Below, one piece after another: positions 63,451 through 64,000 of a DNA stretch of 64,000 nucleotides (position 1 is its first letter; each line of letters begins with the position of its first letter). Source of the stretch: Epiperipatus broadwayi (Eukaryota; Animalia; Onychophora). Location of the stretch: positions 17,174,001-17,238,000 of the forward strand of contig JAQFVV010000004.1 of assembly GCA_028023455.1 (NCBI GenBank), given 5' to 3'. The notes below the pieces were generated by a model. It saw only the letters and a program-made list of their open reading frames with translations, was not told the DNA's origin and did no database searches. A program made the position numbers and the translations under genes.

Positions 63451-64000
63451 TTTGGTAGTCTAATATTATTACATTTATCAATAAGACTTCAATCCAGTGA
63501 TGGTGGATTTAATCTCTATAATCATCATTATTTGGATCTCATTGTTGCAAATTATTATATTAATAACAATTTGATAGTGTTTTTTAAAAAAACATTACCA
63601 TATATCAAAAGAAATATTCACCGCATGTGAGACAAATAATAGCTTTGGACTGTGTTGATTTGTACATCATTTATTTAGAAAAGTTTTTGTACATATATAC
63701 TGTATATACAAGTCTATATTTATATTTGTTGGATTTATTTAAGCAGGGGACTACCTGTACATATATATTTTCATTTTAGCATACCTAAGAGTTGATTACA
63801 AGTGTCAGAGATGAAGAAAGAAAGTGCGTAATGGAAATGATTATGCTGAAAGAAAACTCAAGTAGAAATAGTGAAGAATAATATTTGAAATTTCAAAAAT
63901 ATTGTTAAAATTGTACAAAAACAGGATAAAATAAAATTAGCTTATTATACTCAAGTCAGGTCGATTTTATGGTTAAATCTACAAGAGAGCATATTATGTT

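Overview
Very AT-rich, CpG-depleted animal (metazoan) genomic DNA; the species cannot be determined from the window. It holds two complete nuclear genes for mitochondrial proteins, arranged head-to-head. FARS2 (mitochondrial Phe-tRNA ligase) is on the minus strand with 5 coding exons at 1238-23234 (~436 aa). LYRM4/ISD11 is on the plus strand with 3 coding exons at 27732-59109 (87 aa). A locally CpG-rich shared promoter region lies between them, the same arrangement as in vertebrates. The long introns are filled with decayed transposons: RTE-type and other LINE fragments, Penelope GIY-YIG 3' ends, mariner, a full-length decayed Tigger/pogo, a hAT MITE, TTAA-flanked and other fold-back MITEs, and a 4.7-kb LTR element with two 2.1-kb LTRs around only 449 bp of internal sequence. 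The most striking unannotated signal is a set of minimal type I hammerhead ribozyme motifs from three unrelated repeat families. One is a ~300-350 bp non-coding family (4 copies) combining a canonical-core hammerhead, a Pol III B-box and a second degenerate hammerhead-like core on the opposite strand. One copy sits in a 410-bp fold-back duplication whose breakpoint falls inside the ribozyme core, next to the FARS2 start exon. All alignments, counts and translations were done by hand; no database searches were run.
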